Source of the DNA: an uncultured Alphaproteobacteria bacterium
Lineage (GTDB): Bacteria > Pseudomonadota > Alphaproteobacteria > Rhizobiales > Xanthobacteraceae
Direction: 5' to 3'
NCBI GenBank assembly: GCA_963808035.1
Contig: CAWEEF010000001.1
Location: 948,022 to 1,012,021 of the forward strand
DNA: 64,000 nucleotides
Below, piece by piece: positions 50,316 to 60,644 of this stretch. The notes below the pieces were generated by a model. The model did no database searches and was not told the DNA's origin. It saw only the letters and a program-made list of their open reading frames with translations. How positions within the stretch are numbered: position 1 is the stretch's first letter; the number at the start of each line of letters is the position of its first letter. The translations under genes and the position numbers were made by a program.

Positions 50316-52682
50316 TCACACCGCCATTTTGCGATGCCGCACCGGAGCGCCGGCGGTGAGGCTTTCGGCCGCATCGATGATCGCGTTGGCGTCGAGGCCA
50401 TAGTGCCGATAGAGGTCGTCGATGGTGCCGGTCTGGCCGAAATGCTCGACCCCGAGCGCCTCGACGCGATGTCCCCGCACGCTGCCGATCCAGCCCAGCG
50501 CCGCCGGATGGCCATCGATCACGGTGACGATGCCGCAATCGCGCGGCAGCGGCGCCAGCAGTTTTTCGACCGGGCTGAGCTGGGGCACGCCGCGATCGCG
50601 GCGCTGCCGGCGCGCGGCGGTCCATCCCGAATGCAGCCGGTCCGCCGAGGTGACCGCCAGCAAACCGACATCGCGGCGGCTTTCGCCGATCAGGCCGGTG
50701 GCCTCGATCGCCTCGGGCGCCACCGCGCCGGTGTAGGCGATCACCAGGTCGCAATTCGGACCGGGTTTGCGCAGCCAATAGGCGCCATCGGTGATGCCGG
50801 CCTGCAGCTCCGGCGTCATGATCCGCTGCGGCTGCTCGACAGTGCGGGTCGACAGCCGCAGATAGACCGATCCGCCCTCGCCCGCGCCGTCGCGCTGCAT
50901 GTGGCCAAATCCCCAGCCCATGATGACGGCAAGCTCATCGACAAAGGCCGGTTCGAACGCGGCCAGGCCATCTTGCGCGATCCCGATCAGCGGCGTTGCG
51001 ATCGACTGATGCGCGCCACCCTCCGGCGCCAGCGTGATGCCGGACGGCGTTGCCGCGACCATGAAGCGCGCATCCTGATAGCAGGCATAGTTCAGCGCAT
51101 CGAGGCCGCGCTGGATGAACGGATCGTACAGGGTTGCGATCGGCAGCAGCCGCACGCCGTTGATCGCATGCGACAATCCAAGCGCCGCCATCAGGATGAA
51201 CAGGTTCATCTCGGCGATGCCGAGCTCGATATGCTGCCCCTTCGGCGAAAAATCCCAGTTGAAGGTCGACGGGATTTTTTCCTGCCGGAACAGATCGGCA
51301 TTTTCAGCCTTGGCAAACAGGCCGCGCCGGTTGACCCAGGCGCCGAGATTGGTCGAGACCGTGACGTCGGGCGACGCCGTGACGATGCGCGAGGCGAGTT
51401 CGGTGTCGCCGCGCGCAAGCTCGTTGAGCACGAGGCCAAAGCCCTGCTGCGTCGACATCTGCGACGACGGCTTGAACGAAAGCTGCTGCGGCACTTCGAT
51501 CGCGGGCGCGGTCAGGCGACGGCGGCCCTCGCGATTGAACGGCGCGGCGGCGAGAAAATCCTCGAGGACCGCCGGCGGTTCGGCCAGTCCCTCGAACTTG
51601 TCCCACTCATGACCCGGCCGGATGTCCTGGGTGCTGCGCCATTTCTCCATCTGGGCCACCGTCATCAATCCGGCATGGTTGTCCTTGTGGCCCTGGAACG
51701 GCAGACCCACGCCCTTGATGGTGTAGGCGATGAAGCAGACCGGACGATCATGCTCGATCGATTCGAACGCCTCGATCATGCTCGCCATGTCGTGGCCGCC
51801 GAGGTTCGACATCAGCGCCAGCAATTCCTCGTCGCTGCGCTTCTCGATCAATTGCGACACCTCGCCCTGATCGCCGATCTCGTCGCGCAAATGCCGGCGG
51901 AAGGCGGCGCCGCCCTGAAAGCACAGCGCCGCATACATCTGGTTCGGGCAGGCGTCGATCCAGCCTTTCAGCGCCTCGCCGCCCGGCTCGGCAAATGCGG
52001 AGCGCATCAGCCGGCCATATTTCACGATCACCACGTCCCAGCCGAAATTGCGGAACATGGACTCGAATTTCTCCCACAACCCCTCGCGCACCACGGCGTC
52101 GAGGCTCTGCCGGTTGTAGTCGACCACCCACCAGGTGTTGCGCAGCGCGTGCTTCCAGCCCTCCAGCAGCGCCTCGAAGATGTTGCCTTCGTCCATCTCG
52201 GCGTCGCCGACCAGCGCGATCATGCGCCCCTCGGGCCGATCCTTCATCCAGCCATGCGCTTCGACGTAGTCCTGAACCAGCGAGGAGAACAGTGTCTGCG
52301 CCACGCCGAGGCCGACCGATCCGGTGGAGAAATCGACGTCGTCGACATCCTTGGTGCGCGACGGATAGGACTGCGCGCCCTTGAAGCCGCGGAAATTCTC
52401 CAGCTTGTCGCGGCTCTGGTGCCCGAACAGATACTGGATGGCGTGGAACACCGGGCTGGCATGCGGCTTCACCGCGACCCGGTCCTGCGGCCGCAGCACC
52501 GAGAAATAGAGCGCCGACATGATGTTGGCGAGCGACGCCGAGGAAGCCTGATGGCCGCCGACCTTCAGGCCGTCGACATTGGGCCTGACGTGATTGGCGT
52601 GGTGGATGGTCCATGACGACAGCCACAGCACCTTGCGGGCCAGCGCGGACAAAATTTCAAGGCGTGCGGGTTCGACAGGCAT
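50316..52682 (-). CDS. Pyruvate dehydrogenase E1 (AceE)-like / transketolase-family ThDP enzyme
   Basis: GGHQASS, KPHASP, STGSVGLG, GDAEMDE, DYNRQSLD, GIAEMN, EGGAHQS; start set at MPVEPA. Confidence 0.85.
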   Translation of the reverse strand: MPVEPARLEILSALARKVLWLSSWTIHHANHVRPNVDGLKVGGHQASSASLANIMSALYFSVLRPQDRVAVKPHASPVFHAIQYLFGHQSRDKLENFRGFKGAQSYPSRTKDVDDVDFSTGSVGLGVAQTLFSSLVQDYVEAHGWMKDRPEGRMIALVGDAEMDEGNIFEALLEGWKHALRNTWWVVDYNRQSLDAVVREGLWEKFESMFRNFGWDVVIVKYGRLMRSAFAEPGGEALKGWIDACPNQMYAALCFQGGAAFRRHLRDEIGDQGEVSQLIEKRSDEELLALMSNLGGHDMASMIEAFESIEHDRPVCFIAYTIKGVGLPFQGHKDNHAGLMTVAQMEKWRSTQDIRPGHEWDKFEGLAEPPAVLEDFLAAAPFNREGRRRLTAPAIEVPQQLSFKPSSQMSTQQGFGLVLNELARGDTELASRIVTASPDVTVSTNLGAWVNRRGLFAKAENADLFRQEKIPSTFNWDFSPKGQHIELGIAEMNLFILMAALGLSHAINGVRLLPIATLYDPFIQRGLDALNYACYQDARFMVAATPSGITLAPEGGAHQSIATPLIGIAQDGLAAFEPAFVDELAVIMGWGFGHMQRDGAGEGGSVYLRLSTRTVEQPQRIMTPELQAGITDGAYWLRKPGPNCDLVIAYTGAVAPEAIEATGLIGESRRDVGLLAVTSADRLHSGWTAARRQRRDRGVPQLSPVEKLLAPLPRDCGIVTVIDGHPAALGWIGSVRGHRVEALGVEHFGQTGTIDDLYRHYGLDANAIIDAAESLTAGAPVRHRKMAV

Positions 52683-52766
52683 GACGGAGTTCCAGCCACT
52701 GCCGTCAGACTTTAATGGGACCGGCGCGACCAGGTCAAATATTCGATCGCGCGGCCGGCCCCCGCT

Positions 52767-52866
52767 GTCATTCCGGGGCGCGCCTCTTGGCGCGAGCCCG
52801 GAATCCATACTCCCGATGGTGGTTATGGATTCCGGGCCTGCGCCAAGCGGCGCATCCCGGAATGAC
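52767..52866. repeat. REP-like element (GTCATTCCGG family)
   Basis: Same termini and core as other copies. Confidence 0.88.
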
Positions 52867-52895
52867 AGGGTTATATTGCCTTCGCTCAATGCCGC

Positions 52896-53831
52896 TCAGG
52901 CATTCGGCGACGGTTCGGCCTGGATCAGAAGCTTCGAGTGCCGGATGCGCTCGCGGTGCGCGGTGTAGAGACCGCTGGCGACGATGAAGGCCGCCCCGAC
53001 CACGGTCCACAGGTCAGGCACTTCACCGAACACGATGAAGCCGAGGAGGCTCACCCACAGCAGTTGGGTATAGGAAAACGGCGCCAGCACCGAAGCGTCG
53101 GCGTAACGGAATGCCAGCACGACGATCCACTGCCCCGCGGTCGACGCGATGCCGATGAGAATTCCAAAGCCAATGTCGTGCCAGCTCGGCGCGACCCACA
53201 CGAAGGGAACCAGCGCCGACAGGATGCAAACGCCCGCGATCGACGAATAGGTCATGGTGGTGATGGCGCGCTCGGTTCCGCTCATGATCCGGGTCATGAT
53301 CAGGGTTGCGGCCCACGCCAGCGCCGACACCAGCGGGAAAATCGCGGCGGGATGGAAGGCGCTCGAGCCCGGCCGCAGAATGATGAGGACGCCGGCCAGG
53401 CCGACGGCGGTCGCGAGCCAGCGCCGCAGGCCGACGCGCTCGCCGAGAAAGAAGATCGACAACGCGGTGACGAACAGCGGCGAAACGAAACCGGTGGCGG
53501 AGGCTTCCGCAATCGGGAGAAAGCGCAGGCCGGAGATGAAGAACAGCGACGACGCCAGCAACGCGACGCCGCGCATCACCTGCAGACCGGGGCGGCGAGA
53601 CTGCAGCGCGTAAAGCGGCGAGCCAGGCAGCATCGCGGGGCCCATGATCAGCGCGAACACCAGGAAACGAAGCCAGGCGATCTCGACCGACGGCAGCGTC
53701 GCCGACAGGTATTTCGCGGTAACATCCGAAGTCCCCAGAAACACCGTCGAGGCGAGGATCAGTGCGATGCCGCGGAACGGCCGGTCAGCGCGTGCAGCAG
53801 CGGTCGACGCGGCTGGCTTGTTGTCGGGCAC
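52896..53831 (-). CDS. DMT/EamA family transporter
   Basis: About 10 hydrophobic segments, LGERVG, APFSYTQL; start uncertain (GTG at 53831 chosen). Confidence 0.85.
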   Translation of the reverse strand: MPDNKPAASTAAARADRPFRGIALILASTVFLGTSDVTAKYLSATLPSVEIAWLRFLVFALIMGPAMLPGSPLYALQSRRPGLQVMRGVALLASSLFFISGLRFLPIAEASATGFVSPLFVTALSIFFLGERVGLRRWLATAVGLAGVLIILRPGSSAFHPAAIFPLVSALAWAATLIMTRIMSGTERAITTMTYSSIAGVCILSALVPFVWVAPSWHDIGFGILIGIASTAGQWIVVLAFRYADASVLAPFSYTQLLWVSLLGFIVFGEVPDLWTVVGAAFIVASGLYTAHRERIRHSKLLIQAEPSPNA

Positions 53832-54023
53832 AAGCGATGCGGCTGTGTCCAGCCTGGCGGTTGCAGCAGAAGGCGGGTTCAAGGGTGAACTCAGGCGCGG
53901 AGGTGATCGAATCGGGCGAAGCCGCAAAAGACGATATTTGCGTGTCCCGGGCAAGGTCCGAAAACAGGACGCCGATATGCACGCCGCGGGCAGCCCGCGG
54001 CTGAACCTTGGTGCCGCCGTCCG

Positions 54024-54866
54024 CTACAGCATCGGCAGGCCCCGCGGTTTCGGCCCGCGCGGAAATGCCGCCTCCAATAGCGCGATCTCGCTTTCGGTCA
54101 GCGTCAGTTTTCCCGCAGCCGCGTTGTCTGCGGCGTGTTCCGGCGTCGAGGCTTTTGGAATTGCAAACAGCGACGACGCCCGCGTCAGGAAGCTCAAGGC
54201 GACCTGGCGCGGCGAGACGCCGTGGCTGTCGGCGACCGCTTGCAACGTCTGCCCCGCTTTGCTGCGCGGCGACGGGAAATCGCTGTGGCCGAATGGCGAA
54301 TAGGCCACCACCGCGACGCCGTGACGCTGGCACCACGGCAGCACCGCATGTTCGATGGCGCGCTCCTGCAGATGATAAAGCACCTGGTTGCAGGCGATCT
54401 TGCCCTTGCCGGCAACCGCCAGCATCTCGTCAAGGTCGTCGGTATCGAAATTGCTCACGCCCCAACTGCGGATTTTGCCGCTCTCGCGCAATTGCTCGAA
54501 CGCGGCGACGGTCTCCTGCAGCGGATAGGAGCCGCGCCAGTGCAAGAGATAGCAATCGAGCCGGTCGGTCTTCAGCCGCGCCAGCGAACGCTCGCATGCG
54601 GTGATGGTGCCACGCCGCGAGGCGTTGCTCGGCAGCACCTTCGAAACCAGAAAAACATTGTCGCGCCGACCGCCGATCGCCTCGGCAACCACCGGTTCGG
54701 CGTCGCCATACATCTCCGCGGTGTCGATGTGGGTCATGCCGAGATCGATGCCACGGCGCAAGGCAGCGACCGCGGTCGTGCGGTCGCCGCGATCGATATA
54801 CCAGGTGCCCTGCCCGATCACCGGCACTTCGGGATTGCTCTCACCAAATTTCTGCTGCTTCAACAT
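54024..54866 (-). CDS. Aldo/keto reductase
   Basis: IGQGTW, IDTAEMYG, VSKV, YLLHW, GVSNF, NQVLY, AYSP, IPKA. Confidence 0.92.
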   Translation of the reverse strand: MLKQQKFGESNPEVPVIGQGTWYIDRGDRTTAVAALRRGIDLGMTHIDTAEMYGDAEPVVAEAIGGRRDNVFLVSKVLPSNASRRGTITACERSLARLKTDRLDCYLLHWRGSYPLQETVAAFEQLRESGKIRSWGVSNFDTDDLDEMLAVAGKGKIACNQVLYHLQERAIEHAVLPWCQRHGVAVVAYSPFGHSDFPSPRSKAGQTLQAVADSHGVSPRQVALSFLTRASSLFAIPKASTPEHAADNAAAGKLTLTESEIALLEAAFPRGPKPRGLPML

Positions 54867-54885
54867 TGATCACCATGTGCGCAAC

Positions 54886-55023
54886 TGGATTGCTTCGCCG
54901 CCACGCTCCTCGCAATGACGGTAGCGGATTGACAACATACCCGTCATTGCGAGCGAAGCGAAGCAATCCATGGTGCCGCGGGAGAGATGGATTGCTTCGT
55001 CGCTGCGCTCCTCGCAATGACGG
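54886..55023. repeat. One half (54886-54921) and one full (54941-55023) GTCATTGCGAG-family element
   Basis: tggattgcttcg...cctcgcaatgacgg twice; ccgtcattgcgag once. Confidence 0.85.
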
Positions 55024-55043
55024 GGAAACTGGAGGCGCAGAGG

Positions 55044-57751
55044 TCAATTCGTCGCGCGCGCCAAGTGATTTTGGTCGGGCTCGACATCGACCTGCGCGAT
55101 CAGCCGCTTCAACTCCGGCAGACATGAGCCGCAATTGGTTCCAGCCTTCAGCCGCGCCCCGATCGCGACGGCGGAGGTCGCGCCTGCGGTGATGGCATCG
55201 CAGATCGTGCTATGGCCGACGCCGAAGCAGGCACAGACGATCGGTCCTGATCTCGCCAGCCCATCGGCCGACTTGCCTGACAGCAGCATCCGGCGCTGAT
55301 CTGCCGTCAGCGCGTCGGCCGCGAACAGCTTCTTGAGCACGTCCCAATCGCCGGCATCCCGCGCAGGGCCGACGAACAGACAGGTCTCGATGCGGTGTTG
55401 GGCAAAGCACGCCGCGCGGTAGATACCGCCGCCGAAATCCCGGTATTCGGCGAGATCGCCGCCGGCGACTGCCTGCATCCAGGATGGCCAGTCGGCGAGA
55501 TCGGCATTGTCGGCGAACAAATAGCCGTAGCCGCCGCTGACGGCGACGCGGGTCCACCAGACCTGCGGCGGCAATACCGGCTGCACCCGCGACAGCACGA
55601 AGCCGCGAAACACAAATTCATGCGGCGCAATCGACGCCGGGGTCGCCTTGTTCTCGGGCTGGCCCGACAGCGGATCGGTGAACGGCGCGACCAGCGCGCC
55701 GATCCGCGCGGCGGATGCTGTCTCTGCACTCCAGTGAATCGGCGCGAACAGCATGCCGCGCTGCTGCCGCTCGCTGACGACGACTTTCAGGCCACATTGC
55801 CCGTAATCGGTGCCGATCCGCGCAAAGCCGCCGTCAACGACGCCGAACCGGCCGCATCCTCCGGGTGAACTTCGACAAACGGTTCCGCCAGATGCTGGCC
55901 AAGCCGCGGGCTGACACCGCTGCGAGTCATGGTATGCCATTGATCCCTGATGCGGCCGGTGTTCAGTCGCAGCGGTCGCTCGGTGCTGGTCTCGGTTCGC
56001 AAGGCGGGGATTTCCGGCGCCACAAAGCGCGCCTTGCGGTCGCTGGCGAAGAATCCACCGTCGGCGAAAAACCGCTGCTGCGGCCCTGCCTCGCCTGTTC
56101 GGGTCGGCCACTGCACCGGCGGCATGGCATCGAACGCCTCGTTGGACACCATTTGCAACGCACCGATATCGAAATCCCGACTGCCGCCATTCTCGAAAGC
56201 CGAGAGCGCGGCGTGTTCGCGGAACACGTCCGCTTCCGACGCGAAATCGAATGCGGCAGCGAAGCCGAGCCGCCGCGCGACCTCGCTCACGATCCACCAG
56301 TCCGGCCTGGTTTCGCCCGGCGGCGCCAGGAATGCGCGCTGCCGCGAGATGCGCCGTTCCGAATTGGTCACCGTCCCCGACTTCTCGCCCCAGGCCTGCG
56401 CCGGCAGCAGCACCTGCGCGCCGGCATTCACGGTGTCATTGGAGCACACATTCTCCGAGACGACGAACAGTTCGAGCTTGGCGAGCGCGGCCCGTGCGGC
56501 ATCGGCATCGGGCAGCGACACCGCCGGGTTGGTGCCCATCACCCACAACGCCTTGATCTCGCCGCGCGTGATCGCCTCGAACATCTGCACCGCCTTCAGC
56601 CCCTCATGGGTGGCGATACGCGGCGCCTTCCAGAACCGGCGCACCCGGTCGATATCCGCAGGCGTAAAGTCCATATGCGCGGCAAGCTGGTTGGCGAGAC
56701 CGCCGACTTCCCGCCCTCCCATCGCATTGGGTTGGCCGGTCAGGGAGAACGGCGACGCACCCGGCCTGCCGATCCGCGCCGTCGCCAGATGGCAATTGAG
56801 GATGGCATTGACCTTGTCGGTCCCTTGCGCCGACTGGTTGACGCCTTGCGAATACAGCGTGACCACGCGCGGCGTCTCGGCAAACATCCGGAAGAAGGCC
56901 GCGACATCCGGCTCGGACAGACCGGTCGCCCGCGCGGTCGCGGCGACGTTGCCGGCGATGCGGCGCGCCTGCGCCAGCGCGTCTTCGAAGCCCGAGGTGT
57001 GACGTTCGATATAATTCCGGTCGAGCGCGCCGGTACCGGCGAGATGCACCAGCAACCCGCAAAACAGCGCGGTGTCGGTGCCCGGCTTCAGCCCGAGAAA
57101 CAGATCGGCATCTTCGGCGGTGTCGGTCCGGCGCGGGTCGATGACGACCAAGCGCGCGCCGCGGCGCTGCCTGTTTGCGATCATGCGCTGGAACAGAACC
57201 GGATGGCACCACGCCGCGTTGGAGCCGGTCAGCACCAGGAGGTCGGCCTCGTCGAGATCCTCGTAGCAGCCGGGCACCGTGTCGGCGCCGAAGGCGCGGC
57301 GGTGACCCGCGACCGACGACGACATGCACAGCCGGGAATTGGTATCGACATTGGCGCTGCCGATGAATCCCTTCATCAGCTTGTTGGCGACATAATAGTC
57401 TTCGGTCAGCAACTGACCGGAGAGATAGAACGCGACCGCGTTGGGGCCGTCGCGCGCGATAATGTGGCGAAGGCGTTGCGCGACGTGGTCGAGCGCATCG
57501 CTCCAGGCCACCCGTTCCATCTGGCCCTTGCTGCAGCGGATCATGGGATAGAGCAATCGGCCCTTAAGACCGAGGGTTTCGCCGAGGGCTGTGCCTTTCG
57601 AGCAGAGCCGGCCGAAATTGGCGGGATGTTCCGGGTCGCCCGAAATCTCGGCGCCGCCGTGATCGTCCGATGTCGCGAGCACGCCGCAGCCGACGCCGCA
57701 ATAGGGACAGGTGGTGCGGATGGCGCGAAGCGCTGGATCGACCGCCGTCAT
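55044..57751 (-). pseudogene. nasC: Assimilatory nitrate reductase catalytic subunit with -1 frameshift at ~55850
   Basis: TTCPYCGVGC...LCSKG, GSNAAWCHP, GQPNAMGGRE, LNTGR; C-terminal VCACF...GTNCGSC in another frame; GCG GCC GGT TCG lacks one C of expected GCG GCC CGG TTC GGC (AARFG). Confidence 0.82.
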
Positions 57752-57772
57752 GACGCTGACCGGTTCATCTGG

Positions 57773-58990
57773 TCAGGCCGCCTCGGAACCGATGGCGAGC
57801 GAGCGGCCGAACATCATGTCGCGGCGGATGCCTGCGATCGGCGTTCGGGCGCGGATCAGCTCGAGATACCAGAGCGCATCGCCGGTATCGCCGACCAGAA
57901 TCGCTCCGGCGAGCCGTCCCTCGGCGATCAGCAGCTTCTTGTAGACGCCCTGCCTGACATCGTTCAACACGATAATTTCGCTGCCGGCCGCGCCGAGAAA
58001 ATCGCCCGCGGAAAATACGCTGACCCCGGAGACTTTCAGATTGGTTGCGACCACGCTGCCGCCATAGCTGACGGTGCCGCCGGCGAGGTGCCGCGCCAGC
58101 ACCCGCGCCTGCTCGTAGGCCGGCTCGACCAGGCCGTAGCAGATACCGCGGTGCTCGGCGCATTCGCCCAGCGCAAAAATATCCGGCGCAGCGGTCTGCA
58201 GCCGGTCGTCGACGACAATGCCGCGATTGACGGCAATGCCGGCGTCTCGGGCGAGCGCGACGTTGGGCCGGATGCCGGCGGCGAAGATCACCGCGTCGGC
58301 CTCGAGTTGCTGTCCGTTCGCCAGTTCGACGCCTTCGACACGCGTCTCACCATGCAGACGCGCGGTGCTGGCGTTGAGGCGAACCTTTACCCCCTTGCGC
58401 TCGACGAGAGATTTCAGCAATTCCGCGGCCGCCGCATCGAGCTGGCGCTCCATCAGCCGGTCCATCAGATGAACGAGCGTCACCGCTGCGCCGGCCTTGG
58501 CGAGACCGTGCGCCGCCTCCAGCCCGAGCAATCCGCCGCCGATCACGACGACCCGCTTCTTGCGGGCAGCCAGCGCCAGCAGCAGATCGACATCGCGGCT
58601 GTCGCGAAAGGTGTGGACGCCCGCAAGGTCGGCGCCGGGCAGGTTCAGCCGCAGCGCGGTCGAACCGGTGGCAAGCACCAGCCTGGAGAACACGATGCTT
58701 TCTTCATTGGCGATCTTGAGTTCGCGGCGGCCAACGTCGATCTCGGTGGCCACACAGCCATATTTCAGGGTGACACCGCGCTCGCGCCACCAATCGGCGG
58801 GCTTGAGCTCGATGTCCTGCGACTGTGTCTCGCCCGCCAGCACCGAGGACAGCAGCACCCGATTATAGGCGAGCCGCGGCTCGTCGCCGATGACCGCAAC
58901 GGCGTAACGGCCGAGCGCGACTTTTGCCAGTTCATCGACCAGACGGGCGGCGGCCATGCCATTGCCGACCACGACCAGGGGTTCGCTCAT
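57773..58990 (-). CDS. FAD-dependent NAD(P)H oxidoreductase (NirB N-terminal-like; Flp/NasB-type electron donor)
   Basis: VGNGMAA, YNRVLLS, LATGS, IGGGLLGLEAA, FALGECAEH, TNLKV; no C-terminal siroheme domain. Confidence 0.85.
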   Translation of the reverse strand: MSEPLVVVGNGMAAARLVDELAKVALGRYAVAVIGDEPRLAYNRVLLSSVLAGETQSQDIELKPADWWRERGVTLKYGCVATEIDVGRRELKIANEESIVFSRLVLATGSTALRLNLPGADLAGVHTFRDSRDVDLLLALAARKKRVVVIGGGLLGLEAAHGLAKAGAAVTLVHLMDRLMERQLDAAAAELLKSLVERKGVKVRLNASTARLHGETRVEGVELANGQQLEADAVIFAAGIRPNVALARDAGIAVNRGIVVDDRLQTAAPDIFALGECAEHRGICYGLVEPAYEQARVLARHLAGGTVSYGGSVVATNLKVSGVSVFSAGDFLGAAGSEIIVLNDVRQGVYKKLLIAEGRLAGAILVGDTGDALWYLELIRARTPIAGIRRDMMFGRSLAIGSEAA

Positions 58991-58992
58991 TG

Positions 58993-60375
58993 TCAAACCC
59001 GCGCTTCGGCGAGGTTCGGCGCGGCCGCCGCCGCCACGCTGCGGCGCAGGTAGAACCACCAGGTCAGCGCCAGGCAGGCCGCGTAGAACGCCAGATAGAT
59101 TTCCAGCGCCAGTTGCGGACCGCCGGTCGCGGCGATCGATTTGCCGAAGCCGCTCGGAATGAGGTAGCCGCCGCAGGCGCCGATCGCGCCGATGAAGCCG
59201 AGTGCAGCGCCGCTCTCGATGCCGGCGGTCTTCAGCGCGAGAGCCCGTCCGGCATCGCCGTTGCCCCTCGCCTTGCGAAGATTCTCCTCGCGGAAGATCG
59301 ACGGAATCATCCGGTAGGTCGATCCGTTGCCGATTCCGGTGGTGACAAAAAGGATGAGGAACATCGCCAGAAAGCCGGTGAAGTCCTTGATCCCCACGAA
59401 ATACAGCACACCGATGGTCGCGGCGCCCATCGCGATGAAATTCCAGAACGTCACGATCGCGCCGCCGACCTTGTCGGCGAGCAGGCCGCCGAACGGGCGC
59501 GACAGCGAGCCCACCAGCGGGCCAAGGAACGCAATGGCGACCGTCACGGCCGGGAATTGGGTCTTGATTAGCAGCGGAAACGCCGCCGAGTAGCCAATGA
59601 AGGAGCCGAACGTCCCGACATAGATGAATGCCATGATCCAGGTATGCTTGCGCCCGATGATGGCGACCTGGTCCCTGAACGAGGACTTGGCCGAGGTGAG
59701 GTTGTTCATGAAGAAGACCGCGCCGAACACCGCGATGGCCAGTGGCAGGATCCACATCAGTCCGGCGTTCTGGAGGTAGACGCCCGAAACCGGCGTCGCC
59801 TGATAGAGATTGATCAGGCCGATTCCCATCAGGATGGGTGTCAGCAACTGGACACTGCTGACGCCGATATTGCCGCCGGCCGCATTGAGACCGAGCGCCC
59901 AGCCCTTCATGCGGTCGGGATAGAAGAACGAGATGTTGGCCATGCTCGAGGCAAAGTTGCCGCCGCCGAGACCTGCCGTGGAGGCCACCAGCAGCATCAG
60001 CCAGAACGGGGTACCCGGCTCGCCGACGAAATAGGCGAGCCCGAGCGTCGGGATGAACAGCACCGAGGCGCTGAAGATGGTCCAGTTGCGGCCCCCGAAC
60101 CTGGTCACGGCGAAGGTGTAGGGGAACCGCATCAGCGAGCCGACCAGCCCGGGGATCGCCACCAGTTGAAATAGCTGGTCGGTCGTGTAGTGGAAGCCGG
60201 CCTGCGGCAATTTGGTCGCGACGATGCTCCAGATCAGCCAGACCGAAAACCCGACATGCTCGGCAACGATCGACCAGATCAGATTGCGTCGAGCGACAAA
60301 TTTGCCGGTCGAATTCCAAAACGTGTCATCTTCTGGCTTCCATTCCGAAATCCAGCTCGGGTTCTGCTCGCTCAC
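58993..60375 (-). CDS. narK: NarK-family nitrate/nitrite MFS transporter
   Basis: GGGNFASSM, NAAGGNIG, FGSFIGYS, GIGNGS, GGYLIP nitrate-signature motifs; GTG start. Confidence 0.9.
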   Translation of the reverse strand: MSEQNPSWISEWKPEDDTFWNSTGKFVARRNLIWSIVAEHVGFSVWLIWSIVATKLPQAGFHYTTDQLFQLVAIPGLVGSLMRFPYTFAVTRFGGRNWTIFSASVLFIPTLGLAYFVGEPGTPFWLMLLVASTAGLGGGNFASSMANISFFYPDRMKGWALGLNAAGGNIGVSSVQLLTPILMGIGLINLYQATPVSGVYLQNAGLMWILPLAIAVFGAVFFMNNLTSAKSSFRDQVAIIGRKHTWIMAFIYVGTFGSFIGYSAAFPLLIKTQFPAVTVAIAFLGPLVGSLSRPFGGLLADKVGGAIVTFWNFIAMGAATIGVLYFVGIKDFTGFLAMFLILFVTTGIGNGSTYRMIPSIFREENLRKARGNGDAGRALALKTAGIESGAALGFIGAIGACGGYLIPSGFGKSIAATGGPQLALEIYLAFYAACLALTWWFYLRRSVAAAAAPNLAEARV

Positions 60376-60532
60376 CGGAGATTCCTTTCTGCGTCTCTGA
60401 TCGTCCGTCGGGGGTCATCGAGACCGCATGCGAAAGGCATGGGAAGCGCGCCATCGCAAGAGCCGATTGGCGAATCCGCAAATTCGGATGATTGGTTTCG
60501 ATGGACGGCTGCAATGGCGTCAGCACCGACTA

Positions 60533-60549
60533 TTCAAGCTTCGTGCCAA
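60533..60549 (-). promoter_or_regulatory. Putative sigma54 (-24/-12) promoter of narK operon
   Basis: Minus strand TTGGCACGAAGCTTGAA vs consensus TGGCACG-N4-TTGCW (C to A mismatch at -12); AT-rich spacer 60565-60600 upstream. Confidence 0.5.
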
Positions 60550-60644
60550 GCCGCGAAAACGCAAAAAAGATATGAATTACATTATGTTATAAAATCTACC
60601 GAAAGCCATTCGGGAGCCGCGGACCGCATCGAAAATTTGCGATT

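Noticed and set aside
50256-52616. 786-aa plus-strand ORF
   Set aside because: Antisense shadow of the E1/transketolase-like gene
39927-52866. Repeated GTCATTCCGG elements considered as a CRISPR array or IS ends
   Set aside because: Dispersed single intergenic palindromes with no regular spacers, no cas genes, no transposase and no target duplications
52683-52889. N-terminal extension of the E1-like ORF, and similar extensions of ALDH (to 50778), comE-like (to 25837) and cnbZ-like (to 13996) ORFs
   Set aside because: Extensions read through REP elements or neighbouring genes; homology-type motifs begin at the internal starts used
55865-59053. 1062-aa plus-strand ORF
   Set aside because: Antisense shadow of nasC and the flavoprotein gene; no domain signal
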